The notes: a model not told the origin generated them from the letters alone. A stretch of 57,342 nucleotides of DNA, filler included, from an uncultured virus (IMG/VR IMGVR_UViG_2049941000_000905) (30 parts of one record of this genome joined end to end with filler, not necessarily neighbours in it), one strand, 5' to 3'. Counted from the first letter of the whole stretch, positions 30,238-41,444 are shown. Program-made: numbers and translations.

Positions 30238-30444
30238 GACGATCCCGCGAAAGCCCTCCGGGAACCGACCGTATTCTACAAGTGCATCAACATCTTCCCG
30301 CCGTCCGCCATATGGTATGAAACCGAGAAGGAAGCGAAGAAGGACGCAGACGGAATCGACACGATCTACGTCGGACCCATCGAGTTCTACGACGAGTACG
30401 AAATCCAGCGCATCAAGGATGAGATCGCATCCTATCCCGCATGA
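30238..30444 (+). CDS. small acidic hypothetical protein, C-terminal part
   Basis: Open frame from gap to stop; unrelated to the recombinase. Confidence 0.5.
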   Translation, partial: DDPAKALREPTVFYKCINIFPPSAIWYETEKEAKKDADGIDTIYVGPIEFYDEYEIQRIKDEIASYPA

Positions 30445-30450
30445 AAATTG

Positions 30451-30482
30451 CCCCCTCATTCCGAGGGGGCTTTTTCTTTTTC
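30451..30482 (+). terminator. intrinsic terminator ending the + strand island
   Basis: GCCCCCTC-attcc-GAGGGGGC followed by TTTTTCTTTTT, at a convergent gene junction. Confidence 0.8.
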
Positions 30483-30950
30483 GCTTGAAATCTTTTCGTA
30501 GCACGTCACGCCGACGGCAATTGCTTGCCAAACATCGGCGGACACCCCATAGAACGTGTCCGGGTCCTTCTTCGTTCCCTTTCCCGTCTTGAAATCTTTC
30601 TTCGCGTAGCGGTTTATCAGTTCCTGCCGTATGTTGGAATCCTTTGCTTTCATGCTCCCGCAGATTGAAATCTTTTCCTCTCTGCGGAAAATGTACTCCA
30701 CGGGACGTCCGAGTTCCTGCACGAATCGCCCGATCCAGATACAGGTGTCGAACACATCCGCGCCGACGGGCATTCCATAGGACGCGATCTTCTCTATCGC
30801 CACCGCATCCGCCTTGGATGAAATATCCCGCAGACACTTGACGAGTTCCACGTTTGCAGATTTGTTGAAATCGAGCAGCTTGAAATCCGGGAGGGAGAGC
30901 AGAGCATATCCCGTGAACTCGTTTCCGGGATCGAGCGCGAGAATGTTCAT
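30456..30950 (-). CDS. RuvC-like Holliday junction resolvase (phage)
   Basis: ILALDPG, VAIE.IASYGM, AKD, DVWQAIAV. Confidence 0.8.
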   Translation of the reverse strand: MNILALDPGNEFTGYALLSLPDFKLLDFNKSANVELVKCLRDISSKADAVAIEKIASYGMPVGADVFDTCIWIGRFVQELGRPVEYIFRREEKISICGSMKAKDSNIRQELINRYAKKDFKTGKGTKKDPDTFYGVSADVWQAIAVGVTCYEKISSEKEKAPSE

Positions 30951-31127
30951 GCTCTCACCTCACAGCAATCGCCGCCACGTTGAAAATCATCAGCACGATA
31001 ATCATAATCACCGTCGCGAGGAATTCCNNNNNNNNNNNNNNNNNNNNNNNNNNNNNNNNNNNNNNNNNNNNTTAATTAATTAANNNNNNNNNNNNNNNNN
31101 NNNNNNNNNNNNNNNNNNNNNNNNNNN

Positions 31128-31257
31128 GCTGTGCCGCTCCGTGTATGGCCTCCGTGAAAGTCTCGTACAGGCCGACGAAATTATGTGCCGGGGAAAGTAC
31201 CTTCCAACCGGACGCCTGTATCTCTACGGCGTATCCGTGTTTCAACCTAATCAGCAT
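31128..31257 (-). CDS. hypothetical phage protein, N-terminal fragment
   Basis: Overlaps upstream stop; truncated by gap. Confidence 0.45.
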
Positions 31258-31636
31258 TGATTTCTATCCTTTCGATGTGATATCTTTCTTGGACAATTCG
31301 TGGTGTTCCCGCCGCCCGGTAAATCGTGGAGTGGACGCATCCGAGGAAATCCATAACCTCATTGATACCGCCCTGGAATACTTCCCGATCTCCCTCTATG
31401 ACGGAAAAGCGGTACTTCGGCTGCGCCCCGACGGGGAGTTGATACATCCCCGCCGCTTTGCGCCTTGCATAGTTCTTCGCGTTGTAGTCTGACTGTTTGA
31501 TCGCACAGGCGAAACAAGTCACCCGGTCCGGGCGCGGGGGATTGATCCCGCACAGGACGCATTTCCCCCTCGCCACTCTCGCCTTTCGTGTAGCGTTGTG
31601 ATCTGCCCGTTTAGATTCCGGTGCTGCCGAATCCAT
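31247..31636 (-). CDS. hypothetical zinc-finger phage protein
   Basis: GKCVLCG...CFAC; RBS AAGGGGAG. Confidence 0.65.
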   Translation of the reverse strand: MDSAAPESKRADHNATRKARVARGKCVLCGINPPRPDRVTCFACAIKQSDYNAKNYARRKAAGMYQLPVGAQPKYRFSVIEGDREVFQGGINEVMDFLGCVHSTIYRAAGTPRIVQERYHIERIEINAD

Positions 31637-31944
31637 TTGCTCCCCTTTCTGTCTCTTCGAGAGCGGACACAAGTTCGATCTCCGGCGTGATGATCGGACT
31701 GATGACGAGCTGCGTCACCTTATCTCCGCGCCTGATCGTGTAGTGCCAGTCCCCGTGGTTGAAAAGTTTAACATGAATACTACCGTTGTAGCCCGCGTCA
31801 ATTGTGCCATCGGTCGTAATCTCATGGTTCACCATCAGGCCGGACTTCGACCGGATCATCCCGACGAAGCCGCGCGGGATAGCAACATGAACGCCCGTGT
31901 CGATCTCCACGGAGGAATGCGGCTTGACGATCACATCCATCGGA
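31611..31944 (-). CDS. dut: dUTPase, C-terminal part
   Basis: IDTGV, RSKSGL, GTIDAGYNG, TERGANGFGSTG. Confidence 0.92.
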
Positions 31945-31954
31945 NNNNNNNNNN

Positions 31955-32203
31955 CCTCTCCCCCGCTTTTAGCCTCTGATCCTCTGTTAACTGACGGGGC
32001 GGAGAGACCTTCACCCACTTCTTGGGTACTAATACCTCCAAATACCCGTCTCTCTCCGAAACCATGTTAATTAACACGTTTCCAGACCTCAGAATCGACG
32101 TTAGCTTCCGGATCATCACCGGGTCCTCTGTGCATACCCGTGCTTCCTTCTCAGCCTGATTATACAGGATGACCGTCTCGCGCTCAATGCTCGTGTGTTC
32201 CAT
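31955..32203 (-). CDS. hypothetical phage protein
   Basis: ERETVILYN..E..A.V.T...VPKKWVKVSPPRQLTEDQR, common phage family. Confidence 0.7.
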
Positions 32204-32264
32204 CGTCCCCTCCCTCAAACCAGATGTCCTCCATGAAATCCTCCGCGACCTTCGNNNNNNNNNN

Positions 32265-32350
32265 CTTCTCAGGTCCAGCCCCGCGTCATCGGAATGCGCT
32301 CTCTCCGGGCGGAAAGCACCCGGATCAAGCTGAATCTTCAGTCTGTTCAT
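32265..32350 (-). CDS. dut: dUTPase, N-terminal fragment
   Basis: LDPGAFRPERAHSDDAGLDL. Confidence 0.85.
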
Positions 32351-32633
32351 TTTCTCTCGCTCTCTTTCATGAAAATCCCGTCAACGGGGAAGTCAAGCAG
32401 TCTCAGCCCGGCGATGGGCAGCTTGTAATAATGCCCGGCCATGTCATACCCTTCGGCATACGGTTCCTCGCTCGTACAGTACACCTCGCGGCCTATCGTG
32501 ACGGGGACTTCCCGAACAAGCACCGTCTTTCCGGCCCAGAAGGAAACGCCCGTCTGCCTGTGTTCTTCCTGCGGCTTGCTCAGTTCCTTGTACGCGTCCT
32601 GGATTATGTCCTCCATGCAGTCGAAGTCCGAAT
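32347..32633 (-). CDS. hypothetical phage protein, C-terminal part
   Basis: ATGA overlap with dut start. Confidence 0.5.
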
Positions 32634-32686
32634 NNNNNNNNNNACAGCACATCGCTCCGCTTGATGTAATCGTCATGCATCCCACT

Positions 32687-33178
32687 TCACCTTCCTTCCA
32701 TGCACCAGTCAAATTCAATTTTGTAGATATAATTTCTCAGATCATAGTCTATGGCTGCCGGCTGATATACTGGAAATGGGCTGTTCACGAGTTCGACAAT
32801 GTTCTCGTCATATCGTTCCTTCGCGTTCATCAGGGCTTTATAATCCTTAAATAGTCCGGTTCTGTCATATCGTTCTTGTAGCCGCTGAATCCATTCTTCC
32901 TTCATGGATCGTGTAGGGCAGAACACAACAACAGCTCCGACATTTTCCAATTTCGGCATCGTCTCAAAAGTATCTCTGACAACCTTGTGCGAACTCGTCA
33001 TAACAACGTATCTCTGATTAGCCAGATTCATAGCGGTCTGGCAATACGGTATAAACCACCAGTCTTCCCGTCTGTCTCCAATAAAGAAGTTGCCGCTTTC
33101 AAGATCAATGCATCTTTCCGTTCCAGCGCACGAACTCTTTCCGATCCCCTGATACCCGATTATGATTAACCCTTTCAT
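32687..33178 (-). CDS. P-loop kinase-like phage protein
   Basis: IIIGYQGIGKS Walker A, IDLES. Confidence 0.7.
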   Translation of the reverse strand: MKGLIIIGYQGIGKSSCAGTERCIDLESGNFFIGDRREDWWFIPYCQTAMNLANQRYVVMTSSHKVVRDTFETMPKLENVGAVVVFCPTRSMKEEWIQRLQERYDRTGLFKDYKALMNAKERYDENIVELVNSPFPVYQPAAIDYDLRNYIYKIEFDWCMEGR

Positions 33179-33449
33179 TTTACATCTCCTTCCCACGGCG
33201 TTTTCCGCATTTGATCCGGCGATGGACGGGAAGTCCAACACCTCCATTTTACATTGTGTGAACAAGCGTTGTGCGCACAATAAGCGTTCGCTCCGAAGAT
33301 CATAATATAAGCCCCGAGGTCCGATGTCTGAACCCCATATCCGTTCCCGNNNNNNNNNNNNNNNNNNNNNNNNNNNNNNNNNNNNNNNNNNNNTTAATTA
33401 ATTAANNNNNNNNNNNNNNNNNNNNNNNNNNNNNNNNNNNNNNNNNNNN

Positions 33450-33992
33450 CCGTCGTGAATCCGTCGCTCTGCGTGGTGAACCAATGGTCGTGTCCGTCCG
33501 TCTGGCAGTACAGGACGATGGAGAACAGCCCTTCGAGCGTCAGCTGGTTGTCGATCATCTTTCCGGTAGTCTTGGCCTTGACTTCTCCCGCTTCCGTGCG
33601 CTCTGTGTGCATCAGAAAGTACACGATCACATCGTCCGGGAGACTGTTGATGATATACTGGACAAGGTTGTAGAAGTTGACGGCGAAGTCTGTGAACTTG
33701 CCGTAACCGATTTCCTTGGCCCGACCGAACGCCTCGAATGTCATGAGGTAGTCGGCGTCGTCTATCGCGTAGACTTTGCGAAGGGTCCCTTGCGCCTTGC
33801 CTCTTTCGAGGATGTTGTAGATCGTTTGATAGCTGGNNNNNNNNNNGCATTATCGTATCCCGTCGGTTTTTTAAGCATTCTCAGTCTCCCCCACCTTAGC
33901 GGTGTCAAATTCGTAGTATTCTCTGATTACTGTGTCAACGTGTTTGAGGTCGTTGTCGATCCGCTCCGGGAACATCCCCATAGGGCTTTTCG
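33450..33992 (-). CDS. Sak4-like AAA ATPase (ssDNA annealing), two fragments
   Basis: YAIDDADYLM, GYGKFTD, KAKTTGKMIDNQLTLEGLFSIVL; C-terminus KSPMGMF..IDNDL at 33871-33992. Confidence 0.85.
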
Positions 33993-34002
33993 NNNNNNNN
34001 NN

Positions 34003-34184
34003 ACTCAAAGCTGTCAAATGCGGCGACAGCGACAAACTGGTCGTCGGACAGGAACTTGTGATTGTCGGCAATCCGCTTGGCGAGTTGGGCGGCACTGTGA
34101 CCAACGGCATTGTCTCTGCCACGGAGCGGGAAATTCAAGTCGGCGGCGTGACCATGCATCTGATCCAGACCAACGCAGCTGTCA
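34003..34184 (+). CDS. htrA: allelic variant fragment of htrA
   Basis: Matches 3643-3823 with mostly synonymous changes. Confidence 0.85.
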
Positions 34185-34284
34185 NNNNNNNNNNNNNNNN
34201 NNNNNNNNNNNNNNNNNNNNNNNNNNNNTTAATTAATTAANNNNNNNNNNNNNNNNNNNNNNNNNNNNNNNNNNNNNNNNNNNN

Positions 34285-35435
34285 CACCGTGAAGTCTTCC
34301 CGGTCGAATTTCACGTCTTCCGAAACGAGGCATCCCGTCGCGCCGACCTCCGCGTTCGCCCCACGAACGCCCTTTGCGTAATACTTGACATGACCGTATT
34401 CGGTGAAACGCGCCTTCTTCATCGCGTCCTCGGCTCCAAACTCAAAGAACATGGCGAGCTTGATTTCTTCTTCGGGGAAGAACGACAGAAGCCCTTTTTC
34501 GCCGTAAAGATCGGGTTGCGGCTTCGGCTCGACGTCGCTGCGTTCCCCCATCAGAGGGATCACATAGGGTCTCTTCCAGTCCGTGAATATCCCTTCCGGC
34601 ACTTGGGAGGAATAGCCGTCGAGGTCGTGCTCCGGGATTTCCAGCCCGAAGGCATACCGCACGACGGCATTGACGTCTTTGGTCGTCGCAAAGAATCCGT
34701 CCGTCTGCTTCACGGTCCTTCCCCGCAGAGCGAAATAGACGTACTTCTCCCCATCGGTATAGCCGCCGTGCCCGTGATGAAAGCCGCCGTGGTCCGTAAT
34801 CACGAGAAAGAGCGTGTCTTCGATCATACCGGCGCGGACATAGGCATCAAAGATCCTGCCCACCATCGCGTCCACGTTTGTGATGCAGTCGAGATGTCCC
34901 TCGGTTCCGTAACCGTGATGATGCCCCGCCCCGTCGGGATCGTCGATGTGAACGAACAAGAGNNNNNNNNNNGTCAAAGATCCTGCCCACCATCGCGTCC
35001 ACGTTTGTGATGCAGGCGAGGTGTCCCTCGGTTCCGTAGCCGTGATGATGCCCCGCCCCGTCGGGATCGTCGATGTGAACGAACAAGAGATCGGGCTTCT
35101 GTGTCAGGACGCATTCCACGACCTTCTCCGTGGTAGCCTCTCCGTCCGGTGCCGTCTGCATCAATACGCCGACGTCGTGCTCGATGATCCCCTTATTGAT
35201 CGGCTCCCAGTTGCTGACGCTGCACAGAACGCTGTCCGGGTATGCATGCCGCACGGTCGTGAAAATCGATGGCAGCGACTTGTTCGTGTATTCCCGCTGG
35301 CTGACGATCCCATTGGTCAGTCCGTGTATTTCCGGCTCCGCACCAAGCAGCATCGCGCCCCAGTTCTGCGCGCTGATGGTCGGGAAAAGACTGAGCGCGC
35401 GGGTTGTTTTCGCCCCGTTTTTGAAGATTTCATCC
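34285..35435 (-). CDS. alkaline phosphatase/NPP-family protein, overlapping fragments
   Basis: FPTISAQNW, LFVHIDDPDGAGH..GYG, ITDHGG...HGG. Confidence 0.85.
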
Positions 35436-35535
35436 NNNNNNNNNNNNNNNNNNNNNNNNNNNNNNNNNNNNNNNNNNNNTTAATTAATTAANNNNNNNNN
35501 NNNNNNNNNNNNNNNNNNNNNNNNNNNNNNNNNNN

Positions 35536-35808
35536 GGAAGGAAAGCATGATTCGATCAGTACAGCCCATCTCTCATCCTGTGGGACCATGAAAACGAAAC
35601 GGTCAGGCTTATTCAGGACAAGTTCTTCGTTTGGGTCTCCGGCAAAGAAGACGAAGCTCCCCAAATGGGCCATGGCGGATCGAGGGTTTTCAAGATCTGA
35701 AACATAGAGCGTCCCCATAACCTGTTGAAAGCATGAGTAGATCAAGGTCTCTTCCCAGCCTTGGAAGAGTTTCTCAACTCTGGCGGTGTCTTTGAGCGTG
35801 TAGAGCAT
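35536..35808 (-). CDS. GNAT-family acetyltransferase, N-terminal part
   Basis: LF.GWEETLIYSC.Q.VMG..F.FFAG.P motif. Confidence 0.65.
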
Positions 35809-35845
35809 TTTTATGTCGGACGGGACAATTCCTTATCTTCAAACT

Positions 35846-36229
35846 TTACGCCACCGCCCCTGCAACCACAAGAATTAACGCAACCACAATCGAAGCAAGT
35901 CCGATGATGAGATAAAGTTTGGTTGACGGACGGAACTCCTTGACGTGCGCATCCTTTGCCTTCTTGGGGTTGTAGCAGATCGTGTACTTCTTTGTGACAT
36001 CAGGCGAAAGAGACCATTTTACTTTCTTCAATTCCTGACGGACTCCATCGAGGAGAAACTCGAAATCAATAGAGTAGGTCGTTCCGTGTTTTCTTACTCG
36101 GTGTTTCCGAACCTCGGTAATGGTTCCGGTTGTTTCGGCTGTTCTGCGTTTGTTCTGAACTGTCAGACTCAGAGCCGCAATCAAAAAGCAGATCCCGAAG
36201 ATGAAAAGGCAAAAGCCAAATACGATCAT
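35846..36229 (-). CDS. DUF3592-like membrane protein
   Basis: TM helix, T.GTITEV beta domain, I.YNP, C-terminal TM. Confidence 0.75.
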   Translation of the reverse strand: MIVFGFCLFIFGICFLIAALSLTVQNKRRTAETTGTITEVRKHRVRKHGTTYSIDFEFLLDGVRQELKKVKWSLSPDVTKKYTICYNPKKAKDAHVKEFRPSTKLYLIIGLASIVVALILVVAGAVA

Positions 36230-36597
36230 TTTCTGTCCTCCCGAAATGAAATGTGCGAATCAACATCGCTTGATGGTATTATATCATATCCCGTCCGAAA
36301 TAGCAACCCGAAATTGATAGGTTTGGAAGACCGATCAAGCCGATTCGAACCGAGGGGCTGTCCGGGCGTTTCTGTTCTTCGTTCCCTTTCCTCAAATCAT
36401 CAGTTCACACGAATCGCGCTTCCGTAACGTCATCTTGGCTATCTTTGAAGGAACAAAAATCTTCTCGACCCGTGCCTGTGGAATATAGTATAATTGANNN
36501 NNNNNNNNNNNNNNNNNNNNNNNNNNNNNNNNNNNNNNNNNTTAATTAATTAANNNNNNNNNNNNNNNNNNNNNNNNNNNNNNNNNNNNNNNNNNNN

Positions 36598-37221
36598 ATA
36601 GAGCATGGTGCCCTGCCAGGCGTTGTTGACGTCGTCGCTCCATCCATAGGCGCCGGAACGCTGGGTGTCGCCGGACACCTGGTCGTTGACCTGAATGTCG
36701 AAACCGATGACCTGATTCGCTTTGAGGGAAGTCTCCATCGGCTCCATAAGGATCTGGGCTTCGTAAGTATAGCCGGCATCTATGGTCGTCATTGCGACGG
36801 TGGCGGCATCCTGTAGACAGACCGAGCCGTAGGAAGAGCCGTCGTAGGTCAGATACGTCTCGTCGTCCGCGCACATGGCGAAATATGCCTGAAGATCATC
36901 CTCGAAACCGGCTGTTTTCAGGTTGTTGAGGTCAAAATAGACCTCCATGCCGTCGCCGACGGAGGGGCCGCCGGTGAAGGAGTGATCGGTGTCCTTAACT
37001 TCAATGAGGACGTAGAGGGCGCTTTCCTGCCACATCACGCGGAACTGCGCGGAGAGGCCGGTGTCCCTGCCGTCCTTGAGACGGTCAATCGGGTATGCGG
37101 GAACGTCCGCCCACGCGGCGTCGATCCGGCCGTCGATCACGGGTGTGCCCTTGACGGCAATCCCTTCGGGGATGTCGTCGGACGCGGCTGTCGGGAGCGC
37201 GAGGGAGGTGAGGATCAGGGG
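36598..37221 (-). CDS. secreted CBM9-like sugar-binding domain protein
   Basis: GTPVIDGRIDAAW, W....LYVLIEVKD, GYTYEAQI, IGFDIQVND. Confidence 0.8.
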
Positions 37222-37237
37222 NNNNNNNNNNTCTCCA

Positions 37238-38200
37238 TCAAACGGCGTCGGACGACGGGTGCTGTGTTTCCCACCACCGAGTGAACGCGGCGGCGTAGTT
37301 CGTCTTGAAACCGAGCGCGCCTGTCCGGCACATCTCCTCCCACCATGCGGGATAATCGCCCAAATTGGAGAAGACTTCGATTCCCCTGTCGTTCAGGACC
37401 TTCACGTCCTCCTGCGTGTACCTCCGGTCGTTCAAGCCGATCTCGAACAGATCGANNNNNNNNNNNNNNNNNNNNNNNNNNNNNNNNNNNNNNNNNNNNN
37501 NNNNNNNNNNNNNNNNNNNNNNNNNNNNNNNNNNNNNNNNNNNNNNNNNNNNNNNACGGACGCCCGCGGGCTTCCCGAGACGGCGGCAGGTATTCTGCAT
37601 ATCGTCGATCAGCTCTCTGTGCCCGGAGAAAAGGATGTATTGTTCCTTATTGGGCGAGGCATCCAGGATTTCGAGTATCCGCGGCATGAGGCCCGGCGCG
37701 CAGAATTCCACCTCGACGGTGATTTTCCGCGTCTGCCGCGAAAGCCACCGGTCGAAATCAAGAAAGCGCATCAGGCGGGCCATGCGCGGCTCCGTGCGGT
37801 ATGCGGCTTCATAATCGCCGAGCAGCGTCCACGGCACCGTGGCGAGTGATTCGTTTTCCGTATAAGGCGGCAGCTCTTCCGGAAGCAGGTGTAGGGCGTA
37901 GGGAAGCTCGATCCGGGCAAGCTCTTCCCATGTCATATCCGCAAGATGCCGGATGCAGTACTTTGAGGGATGGCCGCAGGTAAGTCTGGCAAAGTGGCTG
38001 TCGTGACACACGATCGCTTCCCCGTCCTTCGACAGCCGGATATCCAGCTCAATCCCTTCATAGCCTTCGTCCACCGCTGCCTGAAACGCGCCTTCCGTAT
38101 TCTCCGGAGCTTTCTGCGCGACGCCTCTGTGCGCGAAACGCATGGGTCCGTTGTAGATCATCGGGATATTCCTTTCTGACAACACAAGGTATGATTTCAC
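37238..38200 (-). CDS. glycerophosphodiester phosphodiesterase
   Basis: AHRG...PENT..AF, IELDIRLSKDG..IVCHD. Confidence 0.9.
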   Translation of the reverse strand: MKSYLVLSERNIPMIYNGPMRFAHRGVAQKAPENTEGAFQAAVDEGYEGIELDIRLSKDGEAIVCHDSHFARLTCGHPSKYCIRHLADMTWEELARIELPYALHLLPEELPPYTENESLATVPWTLLGDYEAAYRTEPRMARLMRFLDFDRWLSRQTRKITVEVEFCAPGLMPRILEILDASPNKEQYILFSGHRELIDDMQNTCRRLGKPAGVRXXXXXXXXXXXXXXXXXXXXXXXXXXXXXXXXXXDLFEIGLNDRRYTQEDVKVLNDRGIEVFSNLGDYPAWWEEMCRTGALGFKTNYAAAFTRWWETQHPSSDAV

Positions 38201-38217
38201 AATGTCGAGTCGGTCTT

Positions 38218-38439
38218 TTAATCGCCTATATAACCTTCAACAACCCCCTCCAGCGTTTTTTGCGCCAACTTCGCGCTCTTCTGCAGATATGATGCCACTT
38301 CCTGATTGGTAAATACGACATCCTTGATGAAGTTATCATATGTCAGCTTCATTGCAAACGCGAAAGCTATTGTCCGAGAATCCACGATCAGCTGAAGCAT
38401 TTCAGCATCATCGGGGTTATCTGCCAGGCGACTCTTCAG
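38218..38439 (-). CDS. probable ABC solute-binding protein, C-terminus
   Basis: DDAEMLQLIVDSR..AFA motif typical of clostridial sugar-binding lipoproteins. Confidence 0.55.
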   Translation of the reverse strand: MKSRLADNPDDAEMLQLIVDSRTIAFAFAMKLTYDNFIKDVVFTNQEVASYLQKSAKLAQKTLEGVVEGYIGD

Positions 38440-38539
38440 NNNNNNNNNNNNNNNNNNNNNNNNNNNNNNNNNNNNNNNNNNNNTTAATTAATTAANNNNN
38501 NNNNNNNNNNNNNNNNNNNNNNNNNNNNNNNNNNNNNNN

Positions 38540-38699
38540 AATCTTCCGGTTCTGGGACCGCATCGGTAACGACGGTCTGCCCGGCTATGGACTGTCCGTC
38601 GTCCGGCGTTGCCGTTGTCTGCGCGCAGGAAACGCAGGAACAGACAAGCGCGGCAGTTAACAGGACGGCCAATACGTGCGTAAGTATCCTTGTTTTCAT
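38540..38699 (-). CDS. lipoprotein N-terminus
   Basis: Signal peptide with VSC lipobox; RBS AAGGAG. Confidence 0.65.
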
Positions 38700-38861
38700 C
38701 CAGAGACTCCTTTCTTGTTTTGCGTACATGAGAAGCTGTGTTTTTGTTCAATGGAAACAATCTAATCCCTGCGTCCGCGCAGAAAATGACGATTCTTCCA
38801 AATACAGCATAGCATACTGAGATAAAATTGTAAACACGCAAGCAATACAAAACGGACATAA

Positions 38862-39860
38862 CTATAAAAATATGTCCGTTTCGTTTTCTGTTTTTCTTTC
38901 TTTTCGGAACTGCATCGGGGACATCCCGAACTGATCTCTGAAACATCGGTTCAAATACGCAGCGCTGACCCCGCATTGACCTGCAATCTGCCTGACGGAA
39001 AGATCCGTATGAAGCAGCAAATGCTCCGCCAGTTTCGTGCGGGTTACGTTNNNNNNNNNNCCGAACTGATCTCTGAAACATCGGTTCAAATACGCCGCGC
39101 TGACCCCGCATTGACCTGCGATCTGCCTGACGGAGAGATCCGTATGAAGCAGCAAATGCTCCGCCAGTTTCGTGCGGGTTACGTTCAGTTTCTGCGAAAA
39201 CGTCATGCCGTATTCCTGCTGCAGGATCCGGCTGACCTGCCGGGTGCTGAACCTCATCATTCCAGCCAGTTCTCCAATAGACAGCTGCCTTCCATCCTGC
39301 CGAAATATCCCGTCAAAATACTCGTCAAGGATCGTCCGGTCGTCCGAAGAATGAGAACGTTTCCTGCTGCGAAGGGAATCCGAAGCGGATGTCTGCCGGA
39401 TCAAATGAATCAGGAGAACCGTACAGAGGCTCCGCACCATGTCGTACGCCCCCGGATTCTCTTCGTCCGCCTCCTCAAAAACCCAGCGGATAAGCTTTTG
39501 AACTTCAGGGTCGATCTCTCCTTTGATCCATGCGGAATTCTTCCACTCCTCGAACGGGGATGTTTTCTCCGCGGAGCGTATCTCCAGCCGGATGATGTAT
39601 CCGGAGCACTGTTCCGACACATTTTCCTCATGGTATACGTCTTTTCCCAGAAGGATCCATTCTCCCGGCAGTACGCGGACCGTTTCGTTGAAATCAAGCA
39701 CAAATTCCATCAAGCCTTCCTGTTGGAAGTGCATTTCAAGGAATGAGTGATGATGCGCATGCACATGGCATCGATCCGGTTTGGCATAGATCATACTGAT
39801 ATACACCATCGCGTCCATTACAGAAATCTCGCAGTCCGCATTGTACTTCAGCCATTTCAT
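38862..39860 (-). CDS. AraC-family transcriptional regulator (3' part duplicated across a gap)
   Basis: Cupin HAHHHSFLEMHF plus AraC double HTH. Confidence 0.9.
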   Translation of the reverse strand: MKWLKYNADCEISVMDAMVYISMIYAKPDRCHVHAHHHSFLEMHFQQEGLMEFVLDFNETVRVLPGEWILLGKDVYHEENVSEQCSGYIIRLEIRSAEKTSPFEEWKNSAWIKGEIDPEVQKLIRWVFEEADEENPGAYDMVRSLCTVLLIHLIRQTSASDSLRSRKRSHSSDDRTILDEYFDGIFRQDGRQLSIGELAGMMRFSTRQVSRILQQEYGMTFSQKLNVTRTKLAEHLLLHTDLSVRQIAGQCGVSAAYLNRCFRDQFXXXXNVTRTKLAEHLLLHTDLSVRQIAGQCGVSAAYLNRCFRDQFGMSPMQFRKERKTENETDIFL

Positions 39861-39992
39861 TCCGGTTACTCTCCTTTGCTGGGCTCTCTGTTAGTCTTCC
39901 GGCAACCACCATTTTCAAGAGAATGGAAGTGGTATCTTAATCTTGCATGCTTTTATTTAGCTGCAAAAACTTAAATACCTGATAGACAGCGC

Positions 39993-40466
39993 TTATTTTT
40001 TTACAGCTTTCAACCGATCCAGCAACCTTAATCTATCGGTAACAGCCTTTTCTTCACTCCCTCTGTACGGCTCCAGAATCTCTGACGCTCTATCCGCGTC
40101 ACACCGTTCCAGTAAAGACAGAGCATACATGGAAGCAACCAGTTCACCCTTGTCTTTCAGGGAAGTATAGAATTGATAGGCTTCCTCGTATCTTTCCATC
40201 TTGTCCAGCGCATATGCAATGGATCCATTCCAAATGTCGCAGTTGCTCGGACTCCACACAAACAGAGAAAGCATGTCCCGGCAATACGGAACCATAGCCT
40301 CATAATCTTCTGCTTCATCCATGTATCTTGACATTTCTTTCAGGAGAAGGAAGAAGTCATTGTGAATGTCATTCTTGATCCTGTTCTGCGGGTAGTTGAT
40401 ATCCAGGTCAGCAGCTATGATCCTCCCTCCGCCTTTATAGCTCATCGTGGCAACTGTTTTCAGATA
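39993..40466 (-). CDS. hypothetical helical (TPR-like) protein, C-terminal part
   Basis: Open frame; YEEA..FY helical repeats. Confidence 0.5.
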   Translation of the reverse strand, partial: YLKTVATMSYKGGGRIIAADLDINYPQNRIKNDIHNDFFLLLKEMSRYMDEAEDYEAMVPYCRDMLSLFVWSPSNCDIWNGSIAYALDKMERYEEAYQFYTSLKDKGELVASMYALSLLERCDADRASEILEPYRGSEEKAVTDRLRLLDRLKAVKK

Positions 40467-40566
40467 NNNNNNNNNNNNNNNNNNNNNNNNNNNNNNNNNN
40501 NNNNNNNNNNTTAATTAATTAANNNNNNNNNNNNNNNNNNNNNNNNNNNNNNNNNNNNNNNNNNNN

Positions 40567-41434
40567 TCGTCACCTCAGACAATGGTTCGATAGGTGCTGT
40601 TTCTCGTGCAGATTCGACAGTTAGCTGTTCCGGTCGCGTAATTGACGATACTCAGGAAGCACTCAACGATACTGGTGTTTGGAATACTGACAACTCAGAA
40701 TATACCTATCATGGGCTTCATTATGACGCGTATTCCCGTACGGTCTCTTTCTATGTGGAAAATCTTAGTGCTGGTTGCGAACTTACCGTCGGTATTATCA
40801 CCCAGACTCCAGAGACCGTCGACGATCCAGCTACAACCGTCGTGGAATCACGCCGCGACTTCTACAACACTGCTCTCGCCACCGAAGGTCTTATTTCCGC
40901 TCCATCAAATACCGTTCATGCTTTCATGGGCGATAAAAACGCCGAGATGTATAAAGTGACCTATGCCTATACTGGCACGGTTCCAGGGAATGCGCCTGCT
41001 TTGCCGCCAGAATCGGAATATGCTACAGATAGTTCAGTCGGCGTAGCGACCATTCCATCTCTAGATGGTTACACCTTTACCGGCTGGACGACATCCGATG
41101 TTAGTGTTTCGAATGACAGTTTCACTATGCCGGCTGGTAATGTTGTGTTAGAAGGCTACTTTACTGAGAATACTGTCGAAACTAAATATACCGTCACTTA
41201 TCGCATTGACGGAGATAAGCCAGAAGATTTCGTTGCACCAAAAGAGAAATCTTATCCTGCAGGTGCAGAGATAACTCTTGACTCAACCGAGCCCGGCACA
41301 GTTATTAATGGATATAGGTTCATCGGTTGGACAGCGGAAGACGTAGAGCTCTCTGATACCGGTTTTGCGATGCCAGAGAAGAATGTCGTAATTGTCGGTA
41401 AATTCGAGCGTGTTAGCTATAAGGTCAGTTATCA
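40567..41434 (+). CDS. cell-surface protein with InlB-B/SHIRT-like repeats, fragment
   Basis: Two repeats Y.VTY...GY.F.GW...F.MP..NV...G.F. Confidence 0.75.
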
Positions 41435-41444
41435 NNNNNNNNNN

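Larger units (their letters stand above)
8970..33992. mobile_element. siphovirus-type prophage/phage, fragmented and partly out of order
   Basis: Lysis, tail, tape measure, chaperones, head-tail connectors, capsid, scaffold, portal, terminase, resolvase, dUTPase, Sak4-like and recombinase genes. Confidence 0.92.
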
